A model generated the notes under the pieces. It saw only the letters and a list, made by a program, of their open reading frames with translations. It had not been told where the DNA came from and made no database searches. From the NCBI GenBank assembly GCA_963664405.1, contig OY761158.1:6560001-6624000 (forward strand): a stretch of 64,000 bases of DNA, read 5' to 3'. This DNA comes from Thermoanaerobaculia bacterium. GTDB taxonomy: Bacteria; Acidobacteriota; Thermoanaerobaculia; Multivoradales; Multivoraceae. This document shows, piece by piece, positions 9,688 through 18,261 of this stretch; position 1 is the stretch's first letter, and every line of letters starts with the position of its first letter. Made by a program: the position numbers and the translations under genes.

Positions 9688-11952
9688 CTATTGCTGTCGA
9701 TCTGCGACCGCCGCAAGAATTCTCGGCGGCGTCATCGGCAGCCTGGTGAGGCGCACCGACTTCGCATCGTTGATGGCATTGGCGATCGCCGCCGCCGTAG
9801 CGATGACCGGTGGCTCCCCCACCCCTCTCGCCCCCATCGGGCCGAGGTCGGACGGCACCTCGATGATCTTGCAGTCAAGCCGGATCGGGGCCTGGTCCAT
9901 ATCCGGCACGGCGTAGTCCATCAGGGTGCCGGTCAGCAGCTGCCCCTCGGAGTCATGCAGCAGGCTCTCGTAGAGGGCCCAGCCGACGCCTTGCATGCCG
10001 CCGCCCGCGATCTGGCCCCGCACCGCCGCCGGATTGATTGCCTTGCCGGCGTCCTGGACCAGGACCAGTTGGTGGACTTTGACCGCACCGGTCTCTTCGT
10101 CGACCTCTACCTCGGCCAACTGGGCGCAGAAGCCGGGCGACTGAACATTGTTGGCGTGACGACCGTGGGCGAAGACCGGGGCGTATTTTCCACCGAAGCG
10201 CATCGTTCGCGAGGCGATCTTGCCGAGAGGGAGGGCCTGGTCCGGTGCCCCCTTGACTTGGACCTGAGCATCGATGATCTCGAGATCGGCGACGTCCGCT
10301 TCTAGCATCTCGGCGGCCAGGGCCAGAGTTTGCTTACGGGCTTCGGCGGCTGCCGCCAGGACTGCGGGGCCGACGGTATAGATGGTCTTGCTGCCGCCGG
10401 AGGCGCCGGCGTAGGGGCCGGTGTTGGTGTCGCCGCTGACGATACGAATCTTCTCCGGGTCGACGCCGAAGGCATCGGCCGCCAGAAGAGCAAAACTGGT
10501 GGTGGTGCCGGTGATATCGACAGAGCCGACATGAACATGCACCGTACCGTCGCGCTCGAGACTGCAGCTTGCCGAGGCCGGCTCGGTGCCGCCAGGCCAA
10601 CCACCGACGGCGATGCCGATGCCGCGCCCCTTGGCTCTGGCCTCATTTCTCTGCTGCCAGGCAGGATGCTGCTGTAGCGTTTCGAGCACCTGACGCAGCG
10701 CCATATTGCCCCACGGTGCACCGTGCACCATCGGATCGCCCGGATCGGCGGCGTTCTTCAACCGCAGCTCGATGGGATCCATGTCGAGCTTGCCGGCAAG
10801 CTCGTCCAGCGCCTGCTCCAGAGCGAAAGCAGCCTGCGGCGAGCAGGGTGCGCGGTAAGCGCCGACCGAAGGCTTGAAGGTCACTATCTCCCTGGCGCGA
10901 ATGCGTAGATTCTTCACCGGATAGAAGCTTCCCAGAAGGATAGCGGCCAGCCCCGTCATGCCTGCCGGGTAGCAGCCATCATCCAAGAGGCAGTCCGCGT
11001 CGATGGCGGTCAGGGTTCCGTCTTCGGTGGCGCCGAGGCGGATCGAGATTCTGCTCGCGGGAGCTGGGTTACCGGCCGCCAGCTCATCCCCTCGGCTCAA
11101 CACCAATCGGATCGGACGCCCTAGCTTCCGTGCCGCGAGAGCGATTAGAGGATCGTAGAGCAGGAATTTCCCGCCAAAACCGCCTCCGACCGCCGCCGGC
11201 ACGACATTGACGTCGGACTCGGTGACTTCGAGGATCTTGGAAATCTCCTGGCGGACGAAGAAGCTCGCTTGAGTGCTGGTGTAAACCGTTGCGCCACCGG
11301 TGACGAGGTTGGGCTCGACCAGCGTGGCGTGTGGCTCGAGGTAGCTCTGATGCACTCCCGAGGTCTCGAAGGTTCGGTCGACGACGACGGCCGCGGCGGC
11401 GAGTGCGGCTTCGACATCCCCGTTGTCGAAGCGAGTTTGGGACATCAGATTGGAGGGCTCTTTGGCGCTTTCTTCCTCGGCTCCGCCGCCGGCGCCGTGG
11501 GCTCCCGCCTCTTCGGACTTGCCAGGCACCCCATCCGGCCACACCAACGGCGCGTCGGCGGCGAGCGCCTCTTCAAAGCCGACAGCGGCGGGCTGTGGCT
11601 CGTAATCGACGATCACCCTCTCGGCGCCGTCCTCGGCGGCTGCCTCGGTCTCGGCGAGGACGAGGGCGACGGGTTGGCCGACGAAGATGACACGATGTCG
11701 AGCCAGTAGTAGACGCCCTCTGGTGGCCGGCACCAGCGAAGGTAGGTCGTCGGCGGTGATGACGGCCGTGACCCCCTCGGTAGCTCGCGCCTCTTCGGTC
11801 TGGATGGTCGAGAAGGTGGCGTGAGCGTAGGGGCTGGTGACCAGGCGGCCGTGGAGCATGCCTGGGCAGCTCTGGTCGGTGCCGAAACGCGTCGCGCCCA
11901 GAACCTTTTCTCTACCGTCGATGACAGGGCGAGATGTGCCTACATGAGCCAT
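9688..11952 (-). CDS. Xanthine dehydrogenase/aldehyde oxidase family molybdopterin-binding large subunit
   Basis: DGREKVLG, SPYAHA, HQSYLEPH, VGGGFGGK, AYRAP, DAGKAINP..VRGQIAGG, DYAVP, GARGVGEPP. Confidence 0.9.
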   Translation of the reverse strand: MAHVGTSRPVIDGREKVLGATRFGTDQSCPGMLHGRLVTSPYAHATFSTIQTEEARATEGVTAVITADDLPSLVPATRGRLLLARHRVIFVGQPVALVLAETEAAAEDGAERVIVDYEPQPAAVGFEEALAADAPLVWPDGVPGKSEEAGAHGAGGGAEEESAKEPSNLMSQTRFDNGDVEAALAAAAVVVDRTFETSGVHQSYLEPHATLVEPNLVTGGATVYTSTQASFFVRQEISKILEVTESDVNVVPAAVGGGFGGKFLLYDPLIALAARKLGRPIRLVLSRGDELAAGNPAPASRISIRLGATEDGTLTAIDADCLLDDGCYPAGMTGLAAILLGSFYPVKNLRIRAREIVTFKPSVGAYRAPCSPQAAFALEQALDELAGKLDMDPIELRLKNAADPGDPMVHGAPWGNMALRQVLETLQQHPAWQQRNEARAKGRGIGIAVGGWPGGTEPASASCSLERDGTVHVHVGSVDITGTTTSFALLAADAFGVDPEKIRIVSGDTNTGPYAGASGGSKTIYTVGPAVLAAAAEARKQTLALAAEMLEADVADLEIIDAQVQVKGAPDQALPLGKIASRTMRFGGKYAPVFAHGRHANNVQSPGFCAQLAEVEVDEETGAVKVHQLVLVQDAGKAINPAAVRGQIAGGGMQGVGWALYESLLHDSEGQLLTGTLMDYAVPDMDQAPIRLDCKIIEVPSDLGPMGARGVGEPPVIATAAAIANAINDAKSVRLTRLPMTPPRILAAVADRQQ

Positions 11953-12027
11953 GCTTGCGTCCTTTACTTGATTGGAGTGGGATTCTCGTCCACCCGAAGT
12001 CCTAGGTCAAGGTCGTGGAGAGCTGAC

Positions 12028-12195
12028 CTAAGCGCCGTGTCTCCGACATGGCTTACCAATATCTCGGCCCCTTTTGCCCGCTGCCGTCGTCACGACTCGT
12101 CGACATATTCCCAATATGCCTGCCTCGTCGCTCCTTGACAGCGAACAAAATGACCTCGAGCTCTTGGCAAGCCATGTCGGAGACACAACACTCGG
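12028..12195 (+). repeat. Palindromic element with the same core as type A but arm type B
   Basis: Arms GTGTCTCCGACATGGCTTACCA (12037) / TGGCAAGCCATGTCGGAGACAC (ends 12186), 21/22 complementary, with degenerate outer bases; core ATATCTCGGCCCCTTTTGCCCGCTG...TCGACATATTCCCAATATGCCTGC...CAGCGAACAAAATGACCTCGAGCT. Confidence 0.85.
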
Positions 12196-12202
12196 AGAAG
12201 GC

Positions 12203-12925
12203 CTACGGCCTCTTCTTGAAAATGAACAGGTGCTGGGTCGGAAGCTCTTCCCATAGCTCCACGAGCTCGAAGCCGGCAGGCTCCCACTCCTTCAGTACCT
12301 GCTGTGGAGACATGCGGTGATCGAGCTTGATATGGGCAGCGGAGTCGCCGTCGAGGCGGAACTCCACCAGAGCGATGCGCCCGTTCGGAGCGAGGGCTTC
12401 GCTGAGCTTGGCCAGTACCGGGGCGGGGCGCTGCAGCTCATGGTAGACGTCGACCAGGAGGATCCAGTCGATCTCGCCCGGAGGGAGATGGGGATCGTCT
12501 TCTTTGGCGAGAATGGGGGCGATGTTCTCGATGCCCTCTCGCTCGGACAGCTGGCGCAGGATGCCGAGCATCTCGGGCTGGATGTCGACTGCGAAGACAG
12601 TTCCCTCGTCGCCGACGAGGCGGGCCATGCGGCGACTGTAGAAGCCGCTTCCACAGCCGAGGTCGGCGACAGTCTGGCCCCGCTTCAAGTCCATTTTCTC
12701 GAGCAGCGCCGCGGAGTTTTCTTCGGCCTCACGCTCTTGGCGCTCTAGCCATGGGGCTCCTCGGTAGGACATCACTCCGGCAACGGTGCGTCCCTTGAAA
12801 GCCGGGGCCGCTTCGATGCCAGGCTGCTGCCCGTTCGCAGCGGGTGACCCGCCGAGAGCCAGCAAGAGGCCGACGGCGCCGAGAGCTCGGGTATGAGTCG
12901 AGGAAGGTGGAGATGGGTGGCTCAT
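12203..12925 (-). CDS. Class I SAM-dependent methyltransferase with predicted signal peptide
   Basis: VADLGCGSG, VFAVDIQPEML, LLVDVYHEL; hydrophobic N-terminal leader. Confidence 0.85.
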   Translation of the reverse strand: MSHPSPPSSTHTRALGAVGLLLALGGSPAANGQQPGIEAAPAFKGRTVAGVMSYRGAPWLERQEREAEENSAALLEKMDLKRGQTVADLGCGSGFYSRRMARLVGDEGTVFAVDIQPEMLGILRQLSEREGIENIAPILAKEDDPHLPPGEIDWILLVDVYHELQRPAPVLAKLSEALAPNGRIALVEFRLDGDSAAHIKLDHRMSPQQVLKEWEPAGFELVELWEELPTQHLFIFKKRP

Positions 12926-13106
12926 GCGATCTCGAGGACCGCCCTAGGATAGGTCCTGTCCACGAGCGAGGCAAATCCAAGAACGTCGGCATCGGGGGGG
13001 CGCCGATCGGCCTTGAAGGTCGGCTAGGGGCGTGATATCTTCGTAACCCCTTTTTCTCACAGAAAGGGTCCCGAGGTGGGCCAAGGGTAGCGGCTTGCAT
13101 CTCCGT

Positions 13107-13616
13107 ATGGATTTTTTCTCTTATCTACAGACGGCACGAGTAGAGAGTGTCGGTTTTCGCCCGCCCGAGTCGGTCGGCAGCGACGCGACTGTGGCGGAAG
13201 TGATCGATATCATGCAGAGCCGGAGGGTGGGCTGTATCCTCGTGGTGTCCTCAGAGCGCGTCCTCGAGGGCATTTTCACCGAGCGCGATCTGATGCGTAA
13301 GGTCCTGTCTCACCAGGGAGATGCCGAGTTCGGCGACCCGATTGCCAAGGTCATGACCAAGGATCCCGTAACGGTGCGCGAGGACGAAACTCTGGCGGTT
13401 CTCTTTCGCCGGATGTACGAAGGCGGCTTTCGCCATATGCCGCTGCTCGACAGCGCGGGCCGGCTTCTCGGCACGGTTTCTATCAAGAGGGTGGTCAGCT
13501 TTCTCGCCGATCAGTTTCCTGAGACCGTTTATAACCTGCCGCCAAGAGGGTGGTCGAGCCGGAAAAATTCGGCGCGCCCCGCGAGGGCGCATGATCTGTC
13601 CCTCTTGCAGCTTTGA
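13107..13616 (+). CDS. CBS-domain protein; 3' end probably frameshifted (alternative stop 13594)
   Basis: Tandem CBS motifs (VGCILVV...GIFTERDL; GFRHMPLLD...LLGTVS); one extra G in the GGG run near 13550 would give ...VVEPEKFGAPREGA* ending in an ATGA overlap with the next gene. Confidence 0.8.
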   Translation: MDFFSYLQTARVESVGFRPPESVGSDATVAEVIDIMQSRRVGCILVVSSERVLEGIFTERDLMRKVLSHQGDAEFGDPIAKVMTKDPVTVREDETLAVLFRRMYEGGFRHMPLLDSAGRLLGTVSIKRVVSFLADQFPETVYNLPPRGWSSRKNSARPARAHDLSLLQL

Positions 13617-14118
13617 TAACCTCGAGGGGGCGGATTCCTGTGCCGCTTGCCTCATGGATCTTCGTGCTCTAGACGAGCCACGAACCGAGGACTCTCTCGA
13701 GGACAGCCTGATGCACGAGCCGGTCGAGAGCCTCGGGCCCAAGACGGCAGTGACCGTCACCCCCGAGACGACGATTCGCGATGCTCTCGAGTGTATGGTC
13801 GAAAACAACATCGGGTGCGTGCTCGTCGTCGGAGAGGGCAGAGTGGTCGGGATCTTCTCAGAGCGCGATTTACTGTTGCGAGTAGCCGGTAGAATGGACG
13901 AGGTAGAAGATCAGCCGATCTCCCGCTTCATGACCGTCTCTCCGCAGATGCTCGAAGTAGGAACGCCTCTCGCATTCGCGCTCAACCGCATGTCGCTGAA
14001 CGATTTTCGTCATCTTCCCCTGACCGAGGGTGGGGGGCTCTTGGGGATAATCTCTCTGCGCGATTTCCTGGGACTGCTTTTTCGCTCGCACCCGAACTTG
14101 GCTGCCACGGACGCTTGA
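13591..14118 (+). CDS. Zinc-ribbon plus CBS-domain protein
   Basis: N-terminal CPSC-x10-CAAC; CBS pair (IGCVLVV...GIFSERDL; FRHLPL...GIISLRD). Confidence 0.85.
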   Translation: MICPSCSFDNLEGADSCAACLMDLRALDEPRTEDSLEDSLMHEPVESLGPKTAVTVTPETTIRDALECMVENNIGCVLVVGEGRVVGIFSERDLLLRVAGRMDEVEDQPISRFMTVSPQMLEVGTPLAFALNRMSLNDFRHLPLTEGGGLLGIISLRDFLGLLFRSHPNLAATDA

Positions 14119-14129
14119 GCCGTCTTGAG

Positions 14130-14222
14130 CCTAGCCCCAGAAAACGCGCCTTCGGCCCGTTTTCCGGCCCATCCCCGCCTGAGAACTACTCGCCTGTCCG
14201 AATTCTCGGACACGCTCCTAGC
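14130..14222 (+). repeat. Free-standing two-hairpin mini-element bounded by CCTAGC direct repeats
   Basis: Shares CCGGCCCATCCCCGCCTGAGAACTACTCGCCTG exactly with the insert at 38692-38776; CCTAGC at 14130 and 14217. Confidence 0.8.
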
Positions 14223-14257
14223 GCACCGACGAGCCGAGTGACGTAAGATCAGCGCAC

Positions 14258-14899
14258 TTGCCCGGAAAACGATCGAACGCTGCGGCGGTCTGTAAAGAGC
14301 TGCACCGGCTCTATCCTGATGCCGACTGTGAGTTGACCTACTCGAACCCTCTGGAGCTGCTGGTGGCGACGATACTGTCCGCTCAGTCCACCGATCGGCG
14401 CGTCAACCTGATCACCGGCACCTTGTTCAAGAAGTACAGGGCTGCCGCCGACTATGCGGATGCGGATGCCGAGGCTCTCGGTGAAGAGATTCGGTCGAGC
14501 GGGTTCTACCGCAACAAGACGAAGAGTCTGATCGGTATGGGCCGGGCCCTAGTGGAGCGCTACGGTGGCCAGATTCCACAGCAGATGGATGAGCTGATCA
14601 CGCTGCCGGGAGTGGCCCGGAAAACGGCCAATGTGGTCCTCGGAACGGCCTACGGGATCGCCGAGGGCTTCGTGGTGGACACTCACGTCAAGAGAGTCTC
14701 GGGTCGGCTCGGTCTCACCGCGGAGAGTACGCCAGGGAAGATCGAGAGCGATTTGATGGACTTGTTTCCGAGATCGCAATGGACTTTTCTCGCTCATGCG
14801 CTGATCTGGCACGGCCGTCGTGTCTGTCGCGCCCGCAGTCCAGGGTGCGACGAGTGCACTCTACGACCTCGCTGTCCTCGGCAGGGGCTTCCAGCATGA
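14258..14899 (+). CDS. nth: Endonuclease III
   Basis: LLVATILSAQSTD, HhH LPGVARKTANVV, VDTHV, C-terminal Fe-S motif C-x6-C-x2-C-x5-C. Confidence 0.95.
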   Translation: MPGKRSNAAAVCKELHRLYPDADCELTYSNPLELLVATILSAQSTDRRVNLITGTLFKKYRAAADYADADAEALGEEIRSSGFYRNKTKSLIGMGRALVERYGGQIPQQMDELITLPGVARKTANVVLGTAYGIAEGFVVDTHVKRVSGRLGLTAESTPGKIESDLMDLFPRSQWTFLAHALIWHGRRVCRARSPGCDECTLRPRCPRQGLPA

Positions 14900-15606
14900 G
14901 GTCGCCGGGACTCTACTCTTTCAGCTGCTCCTTGGTGGCACTGGCGCTGAGCACTGCGTTGACGGCGGCTCCGCGCTACGCCACTCCCGAGGGGTGTCCC
15001 GACCCCGATAGCCATCGAGAAGAGCTGGCTCGAGGAGAGGTCCTGATCCGCGTCGCGGAACGCCCCGGCTCCAATGGCAAGGAGGGCTGTGCTGTTGTGC
15101 ACATCGCCGCCTCGCCACGAGAAGTGTTCACGGTGGTTCGCGCTGTCGAGCACTATGCTGAGTTTCTGCCTCGCGTAGCAGTGTCCGAGGTAGAAGAGAG
15201 TGCCGAAGGGGTCCGGCTGAACAAGCAGCGCATCCGTCTTCCCTTCCCGCTGGTGGATCGAAACTACACGGTACGTCTCGAAGAATCGCCGGTCGGCGAC
15301 GAGGGATGGGTCCTACTCTGGAGCTACGTGGAGGGCAGCGGCAACGTCAAGGATACTCGTGGTGGGTGGCTGGTGGAGGCGATCGAGAGCGGGTCCAGAG
15401 TGACCTACCATGTGTTTACGGATCCGGGAGGCTTGATTCCGAAGTGGGCTGTGAACAAGCTGTCGCTGCGGACCTTGCCGGATGTGCTGCGGGCTCTGGC
15501 AGATCGTGTTTTTCTGATGCGGACGAAGGGGGGAGGCGTGGGCTCATTATCGAGTCTGCGCTCCGGGAGTCTCGATCCGGTCGAGAGAAGTGTAAAAGTT
15601 CAGTAA
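14896..15606 (+). CDS. SRPBCC/START-family lipid-binding protein, probably exported
   Basis: ATGA overlap with nth; signal peptide; YAEFLPRV, PFPLVDRNY, GGWLVE...VTY...DPGGLIPKWAVN. Confidence 0.75.
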   Translation: MRSPGLYSFSCSLVALALSTALTAAPRYATPEGCPDPDSHREELARGEVLIRVAERPGSNGKEGCAVVHIAASPREVFTVVRAVEHYAEFLPRVAVSEVEESAEGVRLNKQRIRLPFPLVDRNYTVRLEESPVGDEGWVLLWSYVEGSGNVKDTRGGWLVEAIESGSRVTYHVFTDPGGLIPKWAVNKLSLRTLPDVLRALADRVFLMRTKGGGVGSLSSLRSGSLDPVERSVKVQ

Positions 15607-15669
15607 AGCCCGGATCTTTCTCATCACTCCGAGCGTATTGGTAAATGTAGTCTCTTTCCTCGTTAGACG

Positions 15670-15705
15670 GCCCTCTCCCCTGAACCCGGAGGGGGCTCTT
15701 TTTTT
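15670..15705 (+). terminator. Rho-independent terminator
   Basis: GCCCTCTCC/GGAGGGGGC stem followed by TC and T7. Confidence 0.7.
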
Positions 15706-15789
15706 GTACCGAATTGCGGGCGCGATCCTTTGTCGAGCGGGGCGCGTAGAGTCGTTAGCAGCGCATTTGGCGTTGGAATGGAAGATTCG

Positions 15790-18261
15790 ATGCTGATCTC
15801 AACCTCGAGCCTGAGCGTGTTTCCGGCGCGTCCAAGCCGGCGCCGACCTTGGATTGCGGGGGCTCTCCTGCTGTCGCTGGTTCTTCCCGTGACCGCTGCC
15901 CAGACGGAGGGCTCGGGCGTCGCGACGGGTCGAAGCGCCGAGCTCGAAGTTCGTTTGAACAGTGCTCTGAGGGCCAAGGGGAAGGGCTACGAGCCGCGGA
16001 CGAAGCATCTCCGCGACGACGGGAGTCCACTCTTCACCAACCGTCTGATTCTCGAGGACTCCCCCTACCTGCAGCAGCACGCCCACAACCCGGTCGACTG
16101 GTACCCCTGGGGTGACGATGCCTTCGAGAAGGCCCGGGCCGAGGGCAAGCCGGTCTTCCTCTCCATCGGCTATTCGACTTGCCACTGGTGTCATGTGATG
16201 GAGGAGGAGAGCTTCGACAATCTCGAAGTCGCGGCGTTGATGAACGAGATGTTCGTCTCGATCAAGGTAGACCGTGAACAGCGGCCGGATCTCGACGACA
16301 TCTACATGACGGCTATTCACCTCACTCGCGGCCGCGGGGGGTGGCCGATGTCGAGCTTTTTGACCCCCGAGGGAAAGCCCTTCTTCGGAGCTACCTACTT
16401 TCCTGCCGCCCAGTTCATCGAGCTATTGAACGCGGTCGATCGGGGTTGGCGGGAGGAGAGACCGAACCTGGTGGCGACCGCCGATCGACTCGCGAGCGCG
16501 GTGAGAGAGGTCACGGCTGCTCGTTCGGAAGCGACTGAGTTGAGCCCTGACGCGGCACGGCGGGCGAGCGCAGCCATGCTCGGCAAGGAGGACAAAGAGT
16601 TTGGCGGCTTCGGGAGCGCTCCTAAGTTCGCCAATGAGCCCGACCTGCTATTTCTTCTCGATCGGGCGCTGCGCACCGGCGATCCTGCTCTGGTCGAGAT
16701 GCTCGAGCGGAATCTCGACGCGATGGCGAGAGGTGGGATCTTCGATCAGGTGGGAGGAGGCTTTCATCGCTATTCGACGGATGCGAAGTGGCTGGTGCCC
16801 CATTTCGAGAAGATGCTCTACAACCAGGCACACCTGGCGCGCGCCTATCTGGTGGGCTATCGGCTGTTGGGGCGACCCTATTTCCGTCGTGTCGCGGAGC
16901 AGACTCTCGACTATGTGTTGAGAGAGATGACGGCGCCGGAGGGAGGCTTCTATTCCGCCACCGACGCCGACAGCGAAGGTGAAGAAGGTCTCTTCTTCTT
17001 GTGGACGCAGGCTGAGTTGAACGAGGCTCTTGGTGCGGAGCGGGCGGAGCCCATAGCCAAGCTCTTCGGTGTCTCCGAGGCAGGCAATTTCGAGGGCAGG
17101 AACATCCTCCACCTGCCGGTCCGGCTTGATGACTTCGCGGCCGAAAGAGAGCTTGATCTCGGGGTTTTTCTGAAACGTGTGGATGACGCGCGCCAGCGTC
17201 TATGGGTGGTGCGCGAAGGCCGCGAGCATCCGTTCAGAGACGACAAGATCATCACTGCCTGGAACGGGATGATGATTACCACCTTGGCCGATGCGTACTC
17301 CATTCTTGGTGAACCCGAGTATCGAGATGCGGCCTTGTCTGCGGCCCGCTTCTTGTGGCGAGAGAACCGCAAAGAGGAAGGCCGGCTGTGGCGAGTCCAT
17401 CTACGAGGTAGCTCGTCGATTGCAGCAATGCAAGAGGACTACGCCTACCTGGCTGAGGCCCTCTTTCATGTCTACGACATCAGCGGCGAAGTGATCTGGC
17501 TCGAGCGAGCGGAGGAGCTTCTCCTTGGCATGAAGGCTCAGTTCTGGGATCGGGAGGGTGGAGGCTTCTTTTCCACCAGTGAGGAAATCGATCCGAATCT
17601 GATTGCCCTCCCGAAGTCGCCCCGAGATCTAGCGATTCCTTCGGGCAACTCGGTCGCCCTGCGCTCCCTGGCTTTAGCCTACAATCGCACCGGTAGGGCC
17701 CAGTATCGCCAACAGGCTGACGAGCTGGTGCTGGCGTTTTCCGGCTTGATCGAAAAAGGGCCCTCCGGCTTTGCCTACCTCCTGCTGGGGGCGGCAGAGC
17801 TCGAGCAAGCTGCGGTTGGAAGTCCACTTTACGCTGCCCGCGGCAAGGTTTCCTTGAGAACAGAGACCAGCCGAGTCCCGGGGGGCCTGGGCGTCGCTCT
17901 GCACCTCAGGATCGCGCCGGGCTGGCACATCAACTCTTTCGCTCCGCTGGGAGGGGATTTGGTTGCGACCTCGGTGGAGCTCGAAGGCGAAGCCGAAGGT
18001 TGGAAAATCGAGGACCTTGCTTATCCAGATCCGAGTGTCGTTCAGCTGGGATTTCAAGCAGATCCACTGTCAGTCTATGACGGAGACCTCGACTTCCGCC
18101 TCAGGCTCGAGGCCCCGCCTGAGGCGCGTGGCGCCGGCGCGATCGCACCCCTCTTGCTGCGGCTGCAGGCCTGCGACGATCGTGTCTGTCTACGTCCAGA
18201 GGAGCTCTCTGTGCGCCTTCCTCTGGCTCCAATTCTCGGCCCTTCAGGAAATCGTTTCTGA
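15790..18261 (+). CDS. YyaL/SPATA20-type thioredoxin-domain (DUF255) protein with a C-terminal DsbD-N-like domain
   Basis: [44 protein letters not shown]...[19 protein letters not shown]; C-terminal IAPGWHINS...QACDDRVC; start uncertain (15730-15817). Confidence 0.88.
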   Translation: MLISTSSLSVFPARPSRRRPWIAGALLLSLVLPVTAAQTEGSGVATGRSAELEVRLNSALRAKGKGYEPRTKHLRDDGSPLFTNRLILEDSPYLQQHAHNPVDWYPWGDDAFEKARAEGKPVFLSIGYSTCHWCHVMEEESFDNLEVAALMNEMFVSIKVDREQRPDLDDIYMTAIHLTRGRGGWPMSSFLTPEGKPFFGATYFPAAQFIELLNAVDRGWREERPNLVATADRLASAVREVTAARSEATELSPDAARRASAAMLGKEDKEFGGFGSAPKFANEPDLLFLLDRALRTGDPALVEMLERNLDAMARGGIFDQVGGGFHRYSTDAKWLVPHFEKMLYNQAHLARAYLVGYRLLGRPYFRRVAEQTLDYVLREMTAPEGGFYSATDADSEGEEGLFFLWTQAELNEALGAERAEPIAKLFGVSEAGNFEGRNILHLPVRLDDFAAERELDLGVFLKRVDDARQRLWVVREGREHPFRDDKIITAWNGMMITTLADAYSILGEPEYRDAALSAARFLWRENRKEEGRLWRVHLRGSSSIAAMQEDYAYLAEALFHVYDISGEVIWLERAEELLLGMKAQFWDREGGGFFSTSEEIDPNLIALPKSPRDLAIPSGNSVALRSLALAYNRTGRAQYRQQADELVLAFSGLIEKGPSGFAYLLLGAAELEQAAVGSPLYAARGKVSLRTETSRVPGGLGVALHLRIAPGWHINSFAPLGGDLVATSVELEGEAEGWKIEDLAYPDPSVVQLGFQADPLSVYDGDLDFRLRLEAPPEARGAGAIAPLLLRLQACDDRVCLRPEELSVRLPLAPILGPSGNRF

